Shown piece by piece: positions 17,883 to 27,106 of a stretch of 43,165 bases of DNA. The notes under the pieces were generated by a model that saw only the letters and a list, made by a program, of their open reading frames with translations, ran no database searches and had not been told where the DNA came from. The stretch spans positions 1 through 43,165 of the forward strand of contig DAOQVZ010000003.1 of NCBI GenBank assembly GCA_035341815.1, read 5' to 3'. Within the stretch, counting starts at the first letter, position 1, and each line of letters opens with the position of its first letter. The stretch is from a bacterium (GTDB lineage: Bacteria; Ratteibacteria; UBA8468; B48-G9; JAFGKM01). The translations under genes and the position numbers were made by a program.

Positions 17883-19893
17883 CTGTTTTTCCCTGTTTTC
17901 TTGAACTGAGCAGATTTATCAGGATTATTTCGAGAAGCAGCAGCAAAAGCGCTGCGTTCAACAGAGCCGGAGAAATTTCACTGGTCCTGTTTCTCTTGCT
18001 CAGAAATTCTCTCATCTTTTCTTTTTTGACAACCGTTACGCCGGCCCCTGCGATTTTCTTCGATATTTCCTTTATTTCTATTCTTTCCAGGTTGCCTTCG
18101 AGTGCATCAACGTTGACAGGTATTATTTTCTCTACCCTTTCGTTTTTCCTCAAAAACTCCAGAGTCCAGAAACCGGGTTTTGGGGGGAAAAAAACAATCT
18201 CGTCTGACGGATTTTTTTGCAGCTCTTTCTTTTCTCCGTCAGGAGAATAAAGATGTACCTTTTCCGTACCGTAAGGAACGTTCATTCTGACTTTGTTGCC
18301 GGCAGTAAAAGTGTCCGCCCCTGTACCCGAAAGATGTTCAAAGATATTGTTGACAAGTACAGGGAAAAAAGGCCTGTAATGGATGTTTGTCCATGTGTCA
18401 TCCATTGGGAAGGTGAATAAAAGCACCCTTCCCCTGCCGATTTTCTTCTCGAGCAAAAGGGGAAGGCCGTCGGAAGTTTTCATCAGCACGTCCCCTGATA
18501 TATCGTCAAGGGTAAAAAGCTGTCTGAAAATTACAGTTTTCGTATGCTGGTGAACAGCCCCTTTCAGAGGCAGAAAGAGAGGATGAAAAGAAGCCGTTTC
18601 TCCCACACCGGCAGCTTTTGCAAAAGTCTTGACGGATTTGAGCCGGGCCGGCATGAGAAAAGGAATGAATTTTTCTGCCGGCTGCCAGTACCTGTTAAAC
18701 CCGGCTGCCAGAACCCTGTTTCCAGGGAAGCATACCATGCTTCCGCCTTCCGTCAGATACCGGTAAACCTTTTCCGCCATACCTTCCGGCAACCGGCCGC
18801 TGCAAGATACGAAAAGAACGGAATAGGATTCGGGGAAAATATCTCCCGAACCCTCGGGAGATATCAAAACAACTTCTCTTTTTTCTCCGGAGACGGCCTT
18901 CAGGGCTTTTTCTATATAAAAGGTTTCAGCGGGGTCGCCTATAACAAGCACTTTTTCTCCCGGTCCCTGTGCAAAAGAAAAGTAATAATTGTCATCTGCA
19001 GAAAGAATATCTCCGGTACTTATAGAGCCGGTTATCCTGCCCGTTGTATCGGGAATGTCCACCCTTATCGCTTCAAGGGCCCCTGGCTTCAATAAAAAAG
19101 ACGCCGTTTTCTGCCACTGCCCGCCGCTCACGGCTATTTCTGCAGATGTTTCCCTGTCTCCCCAATTTTGTATTTCTGCGGTTATGCCGGAACTTCCCGG
19201 GATAAAATATATCCTTTTGAAACCCGCGTTATTTATACCGGCATTCCCGGTGTCAAAAACGAGAAATCTTACATTCTTTTTGCCAAACTCCGGAAAAGAA
19301 ACATCGTTCCACGGTCTTTTCTGAAGGTCCGTAAAGAAGCATATGATTTTGTCTCCCCTTTCTTTTTCAAGCATCTTAAGAGCTTTTTCCATGGCGAGAG
19401 GCAAGTTGCCCGCCTGCCAGGAAATATCCTTTCTTTTTATAAAAGAAGCCGCCTCGGAATAATTGTGCGTGAAAGGAAAAACCTCACCGCTCAGGTATAT
19501 AAGCGCAAGCCTGGCAGGTTTTCTTATAAAAGAAAGGGCTTCGGAGAGCACGTCTTTCAATTTTTCCGAAGAAGAAAGTCCGGCCGAGGCATCCATGCTG
19601 AAGGAGTCATCCACGATGAAAATGATGTGCCCTTCCCGTGAAAACGGAGAACTTACTTTCAATACAGGGCCGGAAAGGATAATGAGCAGGGAAAATAAAA
19701 GAAGCGTTCTCAAAACCAGTATAATTATTTCTTCTATTTTTTTCCTTCTTCCTGTCATGGAACGGGCAGCCTTGAGAAATCTCAAAGAGGGGAAAAGAAC
19801 CGGCTTGCCTTTTTTCCTGCTGAAAAGATGAATGAGTACAGGCAGGGAAATACCTGCGAGCGCCCATAGGAAATAAGGATATAAAAAGCCCAT
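17863..19893 (-). CDS. BatA-like protein (aerotolerance-regulator N-terminal domain plus VWA-like domain)
   Basis: 676 aa. N-terminus MGFLYPYFLWALAGISLPVLIHLF is typical of the BatA_N domain. MIDAS-like IFIVDDSFSM. Confidence 0.75.
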   Translation of the reverse strand: MGFLYPYFLWALAGISLPVLIHLFSRKKGKPVLFPSLRFLKAARSMTGRRKKIEEIIILVLRTLLLFSLLIILSGPVLKVSSPFSREGHIIFIVDDSFSMDASAGLSSSEKLKDVLSEALSFIRKPARLALIYLSGEVFPFTHNYSEAASFIKRKDISWQAGNLPLAMEKALKMLEKERGDKIICFFTDLQKRPWNDVSFPEFGKKNVRFLVFDTGNAGINNAGFKRIYFIPGSSGITAEIQNWGDRETSAEIAVSGGQWQKTASFLLKPGALEAIRVDIPDTTGRITGSISTGDILSADDNYYFSFAQGPGEKVLVIGDPAETFYIEKALKAVSGEKREVVLISPEGSGDIFPESYSVLFVSCSGRLPEGMAEKVYRYLTEGGSMVCFPGNRVLAAGFNRYWQPAEKFIPFLMPARLKSVKTFAKAAGVGETASFHPLFLPLKGAVHQHTKTVIFRQLFTLDDISGDVLMKTSDGLPLLLEKKIGRGRVLLFTFPMDDTWTNIHYRPFFPVLVNNIFEHLSGTGADTFTAGNKVRMNVPYGTEKVHLYSPDGEKKELQKNPSDEIVFFPPKPGFWTLEFLRKNERVEKIIPVNVDALEGNLERIEIKEISKKIAGAGVTVVKKEKMREFLSKRNRTSEISPALLNAALLLLLLEIILINLLSSRKQGKTDAQNKL

Positions 19894-19986
19894 TTTAGTG
19901 AAATAAATACTTGTTAAAATTTAAAGAACCATAAATAATCATTGCATATTAGGAACCAACCGGTACTGCAGCGTTTCCCATTCTTT

Positions 19987-20865
19987 TTATCTTGATTTCA
20001 GGTAGCTGTGCAAAAAAGAGTCAAAAGCCACATCGGTTGAAGTCATGGCATATTCTATTCTGTTTTCCCCGCAGCTCTTGCGAATGGAATCGAGAAACTC
20101 CTGCATAAGTTTCAGGTAAGCTTTCCTGACATATGGTACTCCGGCAAGAACCCTTTCCCCGCTTTCCATGTCCCTGAATTCGCAGTCTCCGTCAAAAGGA
20201 AGTTCGTGCTCGGCAGGGTCGAGCAGGTGAAGAACGATAACCTCGTTATGGCGGTGACGGAAATGTGAAAGCCCCCTGATGATTTCTCCCTGGTCGTCCA
20301 TCAGGTCCGACAAAAGAATTATAAGACTGCGTTTTTTTATGTTAAGGGCGATTCTGTTCAGCACGGTTCCGAGAGACGTCTCCCCGCCGGCCTCTGTCTT
20401 TTCAAGGGCGCCGAAGATATTCTGCAGGTGTGATACTGTAGACATGGGCTTGATGAATTCCCTTACCTCCGTGTCAAAAGTCACAAGGCCTACCGCATCC
20501 TTCTGCTTGACCATGAGATAGCTGAGAATGGAAGCAAGCATTACTCCGTACTGAAGTTTTGTCACTGACCTGCTGCCGTAATTCATCGAATTGCTTGTGT
20601 CAAGGAGTATGTACGCCTTAAGGTTGGTCTCCTCTCTGAAAACCTTTACATAGAACCTGTCCGTTCTTCCGAAGACCTTCCAGTCAAGGTACCTCAGGTC
20701 CTCCCCGGGCGTATACTCCCTGTGTTCTGAAAACTCTACGCTGAACCCCCTGTGGGGACTTTTATGCAGGCCGGAAATGAAACCTTCAACTACGGTTTTT
20801 GCAATAAGGGGAAGGTTAGAGAATTTTACGAGAAGACCGGGATCGAAAATATTGTTGTTTGCCAT
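19987..20865 (-). CDS. DUF58 family protein (MoxR-associated, VWA-like)
   Basis: 292 aa. YILLDTSNSM motif. Its start directly abuts the MoxR stop (20866-20868). Confidence 0.8.
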   Translation of the reverse strand: MANNNIFDPGLLVKFSNLPLIAKTVVEGFISGLHKSPHRGFSVEFSEHREYTPGEDLRYLDWKVFGRTDRFYVKVFREETNLKAYILLDTSNSMNYGSRSVTKLQYGVMLASILSYLMVKQKDAVGLVTFDTEVREFIKPMSTVSHLQNIFGALEKTEAGGETSLGTVLNRIALNIKKRSLIILLSDLMDDQGEIIRGLSHFRHRHNEVIVLHLLDPAEHELPFDGDCEFRDMESGERVLAGVPYVRKAYLKLMQEFLDSIRKSCGENRIEYAMTSTDVAFDSFLHSYLKSR

Positions 20866-21855
20866 TTATGAAACTTCTTTCTTTTCTTCAAGCAGGTATT
20901 CCACTATGCGGGAAGAGTTTATCCCTTCCGCATCAGCGTTGAAATTTGTAAATATCCTGTGGCGCAAGGCCCCGCTTGCAACTTTCCTTATATCGTTTAT
21001 TGAAACATTCACATCTCCGCGCATCGCGGCCCTGGCTTTTGCTGCAAGAACAAGGTGCTGAGCCGCCCTCGGACCCGCTCCCCAGCTTACGTGGTTTGAA
21101 ACAAACTCAGGGCTGCCCGTCTCTCTGGGACGCGTGCTTCTTACAAGGTTGACTCCGTAAGATATGACATAATCCGAGACCGGTATCTTTTTGACAAGTT
21201 CCTGGTACTTTTTTATGTCTTCGCCGCTTATGACCTTTCTGACATCCGCCTCCATGAAACCGGTGGTGCTCTCAACGATTTTCTTTTCCTGGCTTTCATC
21301 GGGATAGTCCATTACAATGCTGAGCATGAACCTGTCAAGCTGGGCTTCGGGCAGAGGATAAGTTCCCTCCAGTTCTATCGGGTTCTGGGTGGCCATGACA
21401 AGAAAAGGATAAGGCAATTTGTGAACCTGTCCTCCCACCGTAACGTTGAACTCCTGCATGGCTTCGAGCAGGGCGGCCTGGGTTTTGGGAGGAGTGCGGT
21501 TAATTTCATCTGCCAGTATCAGGTTGGCAAATATGGGCCCCTGTATGAACCGCAGGCTCCGGCTCCTGGAAATCTTGTCTTCTTCTATTACCTCGGTTCC
21601 CGTTATGTCCGAAGGCATAAGGTCAGGAGTAAACTGTATTCTTTTGAAATTGAGGTCGAGAATCCGGGCAAGCGTTTTGACCATGAGCGTTTTTGCAAGT
21701 CCGGGCACGCCGACAAGGAGACAGTGGCCCCCTGCAAAAAGGCCCGTCAATATTTCCTCTATTATAGCGTCCTGCCCGACTATGACCTTGTGGATTTCTG
21801 CAAGTATTTTTTCCCTGACTTCCTTGAGTTCTCCGAGAATTTCTGTTTCTTCCAT
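20866..21855 (-). CDS. moxR: MoxR family AAA+ ATPase
   Basis: 329 aa. Walker A GVPGLAKT, Walker B ILADEINR, and the MoxR-typical TPPKTQAALLEAMQE. Confidence 0.9.
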   Translation of the reverse strand: MEETEILGELKEVREKILAEIHKVIVGQDAIIEEILTGLFAGGHCLLVGVPGLAKTLMVKTLARILDLNFKRIQFTPDLMPSDITGTEVIEEDKISRSRSLRFIQGPIFANLILADEINRTPPKTQAALLEAMQEFNVTVGGQVHKLPYPFLVMATQNPIELEGTYPLPEAQLDRFMLSIVMDYPDESQEKKIVESTTGFMEADVRKVISGEDIKKYQELVKKIPVSDYVISYGVNLVRSTRPRETGSPEFVSNHVSWGAGPRAAQHLVLAAKARAAMRGDVNVSINDIRKVASGALRHRIFTNFNADAEGINSSRIVEYLLEEKKEVS

Positions 21856-21859
21856 TGTT

Positions 21860-23293
21860 TTAGTGTGTGATAAGGTATGTTATCACGTTGACTCCCAGTT
21901 CCATGGACTGGCTGTCTGTTATCGCTTTTATGTAAGGACGGGGAATGCCTTCCCAGCCGCTTCCGAAACTGTAGGGAGAGAAGATGACCGCAGGCAGGCC
22001 TTTGAGCCTGTATATCTCAAAGGGCGGCCCGTCCGATTCAAAAGTGTACAGGAATTTTTCAGTCTTGAAAGGAACGTTGTAAAGAGGATGGTTAATATCC
22101 CACCTCACGTTATCGGCTTCCGGAAGAATCTCCGCCATGAGACCCCTGAAACTTTCTGTGAAATCCTTGCTGCCGCAGCAGCTGTCGGCTATTAGAGCTC
22201 CTCCTGAAAGCAAAAATTTCCTCAACTTCTGTTTTTCGCTGCCGCCCAGCTTCGGGTCAAAATGTCCGGTAATGTAAAGAAGGGGGATATTTTCAAGAGA
22301 ATCTTTTTTGAGGTCTACGTTGAGTTTTTCAAGGTAGACTGCAGACTTCGTATCCCGGGCCACCCTGACAAGTATCTTGCCGAGAGAAGACGGATGGGGG
22401 TCCCAGTCTCCCGAATGAACAATCTGCCCTATATAGATTCTTCCTCCTTTTTTTTCAGTCTTTTCCGAATATACCGGCATGTATCCGAACAGCCTGCCGG
22501 TCTCTATCCAGCCCAGAGTGTAAGTCAGCATGTTTACGCCTATCTTGACGGCATCTTCCGGAACATACCTGGTACCCCACTGGTGGGTATGCATTGCCCA
22601 TCCGCATCCTATATCATGAGAGGTAAGGATAACCGCAGACCTGCATCCCAGGTTCAACACCCGCAGGTCAAGCTCTCCCGGGGATTCCACTCCCTCCTTC
22701 ATGATTTTCACGCTCGAAATATTGTGGAAACATCCCCTGAGAGGATGGTTGCCGTATATGGCGTAAAAATTCCTGTCCGGAAATATCTGCGACATCAGTT
22801 CAGTGAACCCTTTTGTAAAATCAGGGCTGCCAGAGGAAGCATTTGCCCATATAAAACCTCCTCTTTCAAGGTAGCTTTTTATTTTGGGAAGAAGAGAGAT
22901 GTCAGGGGCAAAAGGTTCTACCGATGTTATGTAAAGAACAGGGATTTCGTCTGGGTCGAAGGAAAACTGGTCAAGCCTCACCTTGACGCTTCTGTATGGT
23001 ATCCCAAGCTGTCCCGATGCGAGCTTAAGAAGGTTCTCGACGTCATTTTTCGCCCTCGTCCACGGGGCGTCGGGACCCGATACAACCTTGCCGACAAGCA
23101 CTGGAGGAGCAGGCGGATTTTTCTTTTCGCTTCTCCTAAGAGGGGTTGCGGGAAGAGGCAGAGGAGGAAAGCCCTCTCCTGCTTTTCGCCTCTGGATTTC
23201 CTTTGTGGGAGGAGCCTGGCCGCATTCGTAGCAGAAGGAAGAAAATTGATAAAAGAAGAAAAGAGATAGAAAGAGAAGAAATATTTTCTTCAT
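21860..23293 (-). CDS. Secreted protein with two tandem DUF4159-like modules
   Basis: 477 aa with a signal peptide and a Pro-rich linker. There are two similar modules (IPVLYITS...YLERGGFIWAN and IPLLYITGH...FLLSGGALIAD). First gene of the cluster. Confidence 0.7.
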   Translation of the reverse strand: MKKIFLLFLSLFFFYQFSSFCYECGQAPPTKEIQRRKAGEGFPPLPLPATPLRRSEKKNPPAPPVLVGKVVSGPDAPWTRAKNDVENLLKLASGQLGIPYRSVKVRLDQFSFDPDEIPVLYITSVEPFAPDISLLPKIKSYLERGGFIWANASSGSPDFTKGFTELMSQIFPDRNFYAIYGNHPLRGCFHNISSVKIMKEGVESPGELDLRVLNLGCRSAVILTSHDIGCGWAMHTHQWGTRYVPEDAVKIGVNMLTYTLGWIETGRLFGYMPVYSEKTEKKGGRIYIGQIVHSGDWDPHPSSLGKILVRVARDTKSAVYLEKLNVDLKKDSLENIPLLYITGHFDPKLGGSEKQKLRKFLLSGGALIADSCCGSKDFTESFRGLMAEILPEADNVRWDINHPLYNVPFKTEKFLYTFESDGPPFEIYRLKGLPAVIFSPYSFGSGWEGIPRPYIKAITDSQSMELGVNVITYLITH

Positions 23294-23348
23294 GGTTTTT
23301 GTAAAATACCCAGGCAGTCAACTGGGTTTTTACATTAAATACATTATA

Positions 23349-23377
23349 ATAAAAACATTTTTCCCCTTTTTTGTCAA
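23349..23377 (-). promoter_or_regulatory. Putative sigma70-type promoter of the DUF4159-MoxR cluster
   Basis: Minus strand reads TTGACA-N17 (ending TGT)-TTTTAT, followed immediately by TATAAT, about 50 nt upstream of the ATG at 23293. Confidence 0.5.
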
Positions 23378-23400
23378 GCGGAAAAAGAAGAAATGTCGTT

Positions 23401-23440
23401 TAAAAATAAAAAGGGCGCTGAATTTCTTCGGCGCCCTTTT
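23401..23440 (-). terminator. Rho-independent terminator downstream of the 54-aa gene
   Basis: Stem aagggcgc / gcgccctt with a 12-nt loop. Minus-strand T-rich tail (TTTATTTTTA). Confidence 0.75.
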
Positions 23441-23468
23441 TACTGCTATTTTTAATTTTATCTATATA

Positions 23469-23633
23469 TTATTTTTTGCGGGCTTTCTTCTTGGGAGCAG
23501 CTTTTTTTGCTGTTACTTTCTTCTTTTTCCCGCCGCGGGCCATCTTCGCTTCACATACATTTCCCGCTCCGTCAACATAATACATGCATCCCGGCTGCCT
23601 AACAACTGCACCTTTAATCAAAATCTTTCCCAT
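23469..23633 (-). CDS. Small protein (54 aa) with a Lys-rich C-terminal tail; below the ORF-track cutoff
   Basis: Minus-strand GGGAGGGAGAA-ATG. Translation is MGKILIKGAVVRQPGCMYYVDGAGNVCEAKMARGGKKKKVTAKKAAPKKKARKK, stop TAA. Flanked by its own promoter and terminator. Confidence 0.7.
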   Translation of the reverse strand: MGKILIKGAVVRQPGCMYYVDGAGNVCEAKMARGGKKKKVTAKKAAPKKKARKK

Positions 23634-23678
23634 TTCTCCCTCCCTGTTTTGACTTCATTCACTGCTTTATCAACATCA

Positions 23679-23707
23679 ATTTTACCACCCCTATAAAAAA
23701 CTGTCAA
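23679..23707 (-). promoter_or_regulatory. Near-consensus sigma70-type promoter for the 54-aa gene
   Basis: Minus strand reads TTGACA-17 nt-TAAAAT, about 40 nt upstream of the ATG at 23633. Confidence 0.6.
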
Positions 23708-23798
23708 GCGAAAAATTCAACAATAAAAGTTGCAGGAGAAAAACAGCGTCTCTCCCATGGCAAGGCCCATTGCTTTCCCCGAAGGCAGATAAAAATAA

Positions 23799-25019
23799 TT
23801 ATGCCCTTGCAGACTCGATTTTTTTCTGGTATCCGCTCTTCACGTAGGCTTCCACGGGGTCAACCGGCAAATCTTTTTCCATGCGGGCTTTTGCCACGAT
23901 GGACCTCACGTCGGCGTTTATTATGGCATCGTTGAAAATCCTGTTGGCCAGCATGATTTCGCCTGACTTGCGGGCTTCTTGTATCTTTTCTGAATCAACC
24001 AGGGCAGCTTTTGCAAGAGACAGGTGGAGAGAATCTATGGAATGTATTATAGCGTGAACCCTGTTCTCCTTGCCGCTTGCCTGGTCCAGCATGTACGCCC
24101 AGTTCCTGGAAGTCGAACCCGCAACAGCGCCTCCCCTGTATAGTTCATAAAATATCCTTGCCATCTGCTGGTTGGGCTCGACGGACTGGTCATCATCGAG
24201 GGCATAGCTTATGTTGAAATGGAACCCGCTTCTCATCTTCTCGGCGATAAGCATGGCCACTATCTGTTCCACGTTGGCTATGGGATGGTGGTGGCCCAGG
24301 TCTATCAGTGCGCCGACATTTTCTCCGAGCGCTCTCGCAAGAACAAAGGCAGTTCCCCAGTCCGGTATTACGGTACTGTAGGTATTCGGCTCAAACACCT
24401 TGTATTCTATAAGGATAAGAACATCTTTCGGAATGCCCGCGTAGCTTTCTTTAAGGGTCTTCTTCATCAGTTCGTAAGAATCCCTCAGTTCCACCTGGCC
24501 GGGATAGAGAGAACCATCGGGAAACCAGAGCCCCAGAACTTTGTTGCCCAGCTCCTTTGCAATCTTGCCTCCGAGAATTGTCTGCTCCACGTATCTCTTG
24601 CGTGTTTTCGGGCAGGGGGAAATAAAACTTCCGTTTTCGGAACCTTTCAGAAAATACGAGGGACTTACCCCGCCCAGGTACAACCCTCTCTCCCTGCATT
24701 CGTCTCTTACTTTCCTGGCTATTTCAAAATTGCCTTCCATTCCGTCTTCTGAAAAATCCCACAGTATGTGGGTGGCCACCATTGAAGCGGCTCCTGTCAG
24801 TTTGTTGATAAAAGCCGCATCGTCGAGCTTCTCGTATATGTTGCGGGCATAGCCGGGAGAAGTGTAATCTCCGAACCTGCCGCCGCCAAAAGGTCCGAGA
24901 GTCCACGAAGGCACGTCAACCTGGAATTGCTTGACGGCTTCAACCGCCTTCTTTACCCTTTTTTCACCGAATTCAGCTGAAAGATTTTCTATTCCTCTTT
25001 CCATGCATTTCTTATCCAT
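23799..25019 (-). CDS. Xylose-isomerase-like TIM-barrel sugar isomerase, probably an L-rhamnose isomerase of the ~430-aa type
   Basis: Start set at MDKKCMERG (ATG 25019) with GAGGAGG 6 nt upstream. N-terminal VPSWTLGPFGGGRFGDY and the protein size fit the RhaI-like family. Confidence 0.6.
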   Translation of the reverse strand: MDKKCMERGIENLSAEFGEKRVKKAVEAVKQFQVDVPSWTLGPFGGGRFGDYTSPGYARNIYEKLDDAAFINKLTGAASMVATHILWDFSEDGMEGNFEIARKVRDECRERGLYLGGVSPSYFLKGSENGSFISPCPKTRKRYVEQTILGGKIAKELGNKVLGLWFPDGSLYPGQVELRDSYELMKKTLKESYAGIPKDVLILIEYKVFEPNTYSTVIPDWGTAFVLARALGENVGALIDLGHHHPIANVEQIVAMLIAEKMRSGFHFNISYALDDDQSVEPNQQMARIFYELYRGGAVAGSTSRNWAYMLDQASGKENRVHAIIHSIDSLHLSLAKAALVDSEKIQEARKSGEIMLANRIFNDAIINADVRSIVAKARMEKDLPVDPVEAYVKSGYQKKIESARA

Positions 25020-25056
25020 TTGCAGCCTCCTCAAATTTATACAAGCTTTTAACTTA

Positions 25057-25085
25057 ATAAAAACATTTATTGAAGATTTTGTCAA
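25057..25085 (-). promoter_or_regulatory. Putative sigma70-type promoter of the isomerase gene
   Basis: Minus strand reads TTGACA-N17 (ending TGT)-TTTTAT, the same layout and the same aaaTGTTTTTATTA string as at 23349-23377. Confidence 0.5.
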
Positions 25086-25096
25086 TTACATCCGCA

Positions 25097-26014
25097 TCAG
25101 GGAAGACTGTTACAGCGCCACATTCTTTTCCATTCTTTCATGAATTCTGAAGCAAGTTTTTTGTCCTTTATGATTATCACTGCTTCGTTATTCCTTCTGG
25201 CTGCAGCCGTAAGGTTGTATGAACCCGTGATAACAGTCTCGCCGTCGACAACAATAAATTTATCGTGCATGTATCCCGCCCTGTTGCTCCTTCTTACAAC
25301 GCATCCAAAATTTTTCAGACTGCCAAAAACAGAATGGGGTTCCACGCTGAAGTTTTCTATCATTCCGCAGACATTTACGCCGGCAAGTTTCCTTTTTATC
25401 ATAGCCGAGGCAAGCTTTTCAGAAGTGAAATGGTAAAGTGCGAAATAAATGGTTTCACTTGCAGAAGAAACCGCTTCGGATATAATTTCTTCACAATCGT
25501 TTTCGGGTGAAAAGCCAATATGGATATTATCTTTTTTATATTCGCCGTCAACCGGTTTATCCTGCCACCATGAATGGAATTTTTCCGTCAGAAAACGCCC
25601 AATTCTTTCATCTTCCAAAAGCAGGAAATTGTTGTGGTGCAGGAAGAAGCCGCTTTCAGTAAAATTGCCCGAGCCTGTCAAAATAAACCTGCCGTCAACT
25701 ATCATCAGCTTCGGGTGAAAAAGGGAGCTTTTTCCATCAACCTTCACTTCTGCCTTTTTGCAAATAGCAGGAGGCTGTTTATCTACTATGATTTTTACGT
25801 CCAAATGACCTTTTTTGTTAAGCTCGTCTGCCAGTTTCTCCCATGAAAAAGAATAGCTTGCGATATAAACGGATTTTTCCGCCCGGCTGACAAGGTCCAT
25901 AATTATTTGGTCTGTTCCGCTATCTGGTGTAAAATAAAGAGAGATGGGAAGAGAATAAATCCCTCTGCATGGACAGAAGAGGATAAGAAAAAAAAGAAGG
26001 GATGTTTTTTTCAT
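25097..26014 (-). CDS. Phospholipase D / HKD-superfamily protein (two HKD motifs), secreted or lipoprotein
   Basis: HPKLMIVDGRFILTGSGNFT and HDKFIVVDGETVITGSYNLT. Start set at MKKTSLLFFLILFCPC (signal-peptide-like). Confidence 0.8.
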   Translation of the reverse strand: MKKTSLLFFLILFCPCRGIYSLPISLYFTPDSGTDQIIMDLVSRAEKSVYIASYSFSWEKLADELNKKGHLDVKIIVDKQPPAICKKAEVKVDGKSSLFHPKLMIVDGRFILTGSGNFTESGFFLHHNNFLLLEDERIGRFLTEKFHSWWQDKPVDGEYKKDNIHIGFSPENDCEEIISEAVSSASETIYFALYHFTSEKLASAMIKRKLAGVNVCGMIENFSVEPHSVFGSLKNFGCVVRRSNRAGYMHDKFIVVDGETVITGSYNLTAAARRNNEAVIIIKDKKLASEFMKEWKRMWRCNSLP

Positions 26015-26045
26015 AAACGATATTTTAACATGCGCGGAGGTTAAT

Positions 26046-27098
26046 ATGAAAGCGGCTGTATACCACGGCATCCAGGACATTCGCATAGAAGAAATAGAAA
26101 AACCGGCATGCAAGGAAGGCGAAGTCCTGGTAAAAGTACATTACTGCGCCATTTGCGGAACGGACGTAAGGATATATTTCAGCGGGCATAAAAAAGTAAT
26201 TCCTCCCGCGGTCATAGGACATGAAATATCCGGAACTGTTGCACAGATAGGTTCAGGCGTTAATGAACCCGGATTAAAAGTTGGAGATAAAGTCACAGTG
26301 GTCACATCTATAGGGTGCGGCAAATGCAAGATGTGCATCAAGGGACTTTATAACCTTTGCCCCGATACGAAAGCCATAGGGTATTTCTACCCGGGAGGTT
26401 TTGCGGAATATGTCTCGGTCCCTGCCGAAGGCGTCAAACAGAAATCCGTACTGAAACTGCCGGACAATATTTCACTCAAAGAAGGCGCCCTGATAGAAGC
26501 ACTTTCCTGCGCAATAAACGGACAGAATTACCTCAACATAGGTAAAGGCGACACCGTCGTCATCTACGGAGGAGGTCCCATAGGGCTCATGCACGCTGTT
26601 CTCGCACAGGCATCCGGCGCCGACAGGGTAATAGTGTCAGACCCCGCCTATGACCGTCTTGAAAAGTTCGGCAAACAGTTTGCAGGGCTGATACTTCTGG
26701 ACCCTGCAAAAACAAGCCTGAAAGAAGAGGTTCTTAAACTTACAGGCGGTTACGGAGCCGATGTCGTCATAACGGCATGCCCTTCAAAACAGGCACAGGC
26801 GGAAGGACTGGAAATACTCGGGTCAAAGGGGAGGATAAGCCTTTTCGGCGGACTGCCCAAGGACAACTCGGTGATAAGTATTGATTCAAATATTATCCAC
26901 TACAAGGAACTTTCCGTATTCGGCGCCTTTGCATCCAACAGGCGGGATTACGTGAAAGCGGCAGAACTTATAGCCAGCCACAAGATAGAAGCAGGGAAGT
27001 TTATTTCAACAATTCTTCCTCTCGAAAAAATAAACGAGGGCATCTCCATGGTAAAAAATGGAGAAGTTCTTAAGTGCGTGATGGATATAGGAGGCTGA
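26046..27098 (+). CDS. Zinc-dependent MDR alcohol, sorbitol or threonine dehydrogenase family protein
   Basis: 350 aa. GHEISGTV catalytic Zn motif, structural Zn Cys cluster CGKCKMC, GGGPIG Rossmann motif, GGAGG RBS. Confidence 0.85.
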   Translation: MKAAVYHGIQDIRIEEIEKPACKEGEVLVKVHYCAICGTDVRIYFSGHKKVIPPAVIGHEISGTVAQIGSGVNEPGLKVGDKVTVVTSIGCGKCKMCIKGLYNLCPDTKAIGYFYPGGFAEYVSVPAEGVKQKSVLKLPDNISLKEGALIEALSCAINGQNYLNIGKGDTVVIYGGGPIGLMHAVLAQASGADRVIVSDPAYDRLEKFGKQFAGLILLDPAKTSLKEEVLKLTGGYGADVVITACPSKQAQAEGLEILGSKGRISLFGGLPKDNSVISIDSNIIHYKELSVFGAFASNRRDYVKAAELIASHKIEAGKFISTILPLEKINEGISMVKNGEVLKCVMDIGG

Positions 27099-27106
27099 AA
27101 ACCTTC

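Noticed and set aside
21446-23269. Plus-strand ORFs 21446-22195 (249 aa) and 22262-23269 (335 aa)
   Set aside because: They are antisense to the MoxR and DUF4159 genes, which have clear family motifs. The shadow frames have no recognisable features.
25020-25085. Longer N-termini offered by the track for the isomerase (25085), the PLD protein (26113), PIG-L B (9707) and PIG-L A (8847, TTG)
   Set aside because: For the isomerase and both PIG-L genes, an internal ATG has a much better SD at proper spacing. The PLD start at 26014 was instead chosen for its signal-peptide-like N-terminus, with no clear SD. The 25085 extension would also include the predicted promoter.
27074-27106. FMN (RFN) riboswitch upstream of ribD, and the GTG start at 27074
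   Set aside because: ribD begins within or immediately after the upstream dehydrogenase gene, so there is no room for an RFN element. No RFN-like conserved core was seen. The GTG start lies inside the upstream CDS.
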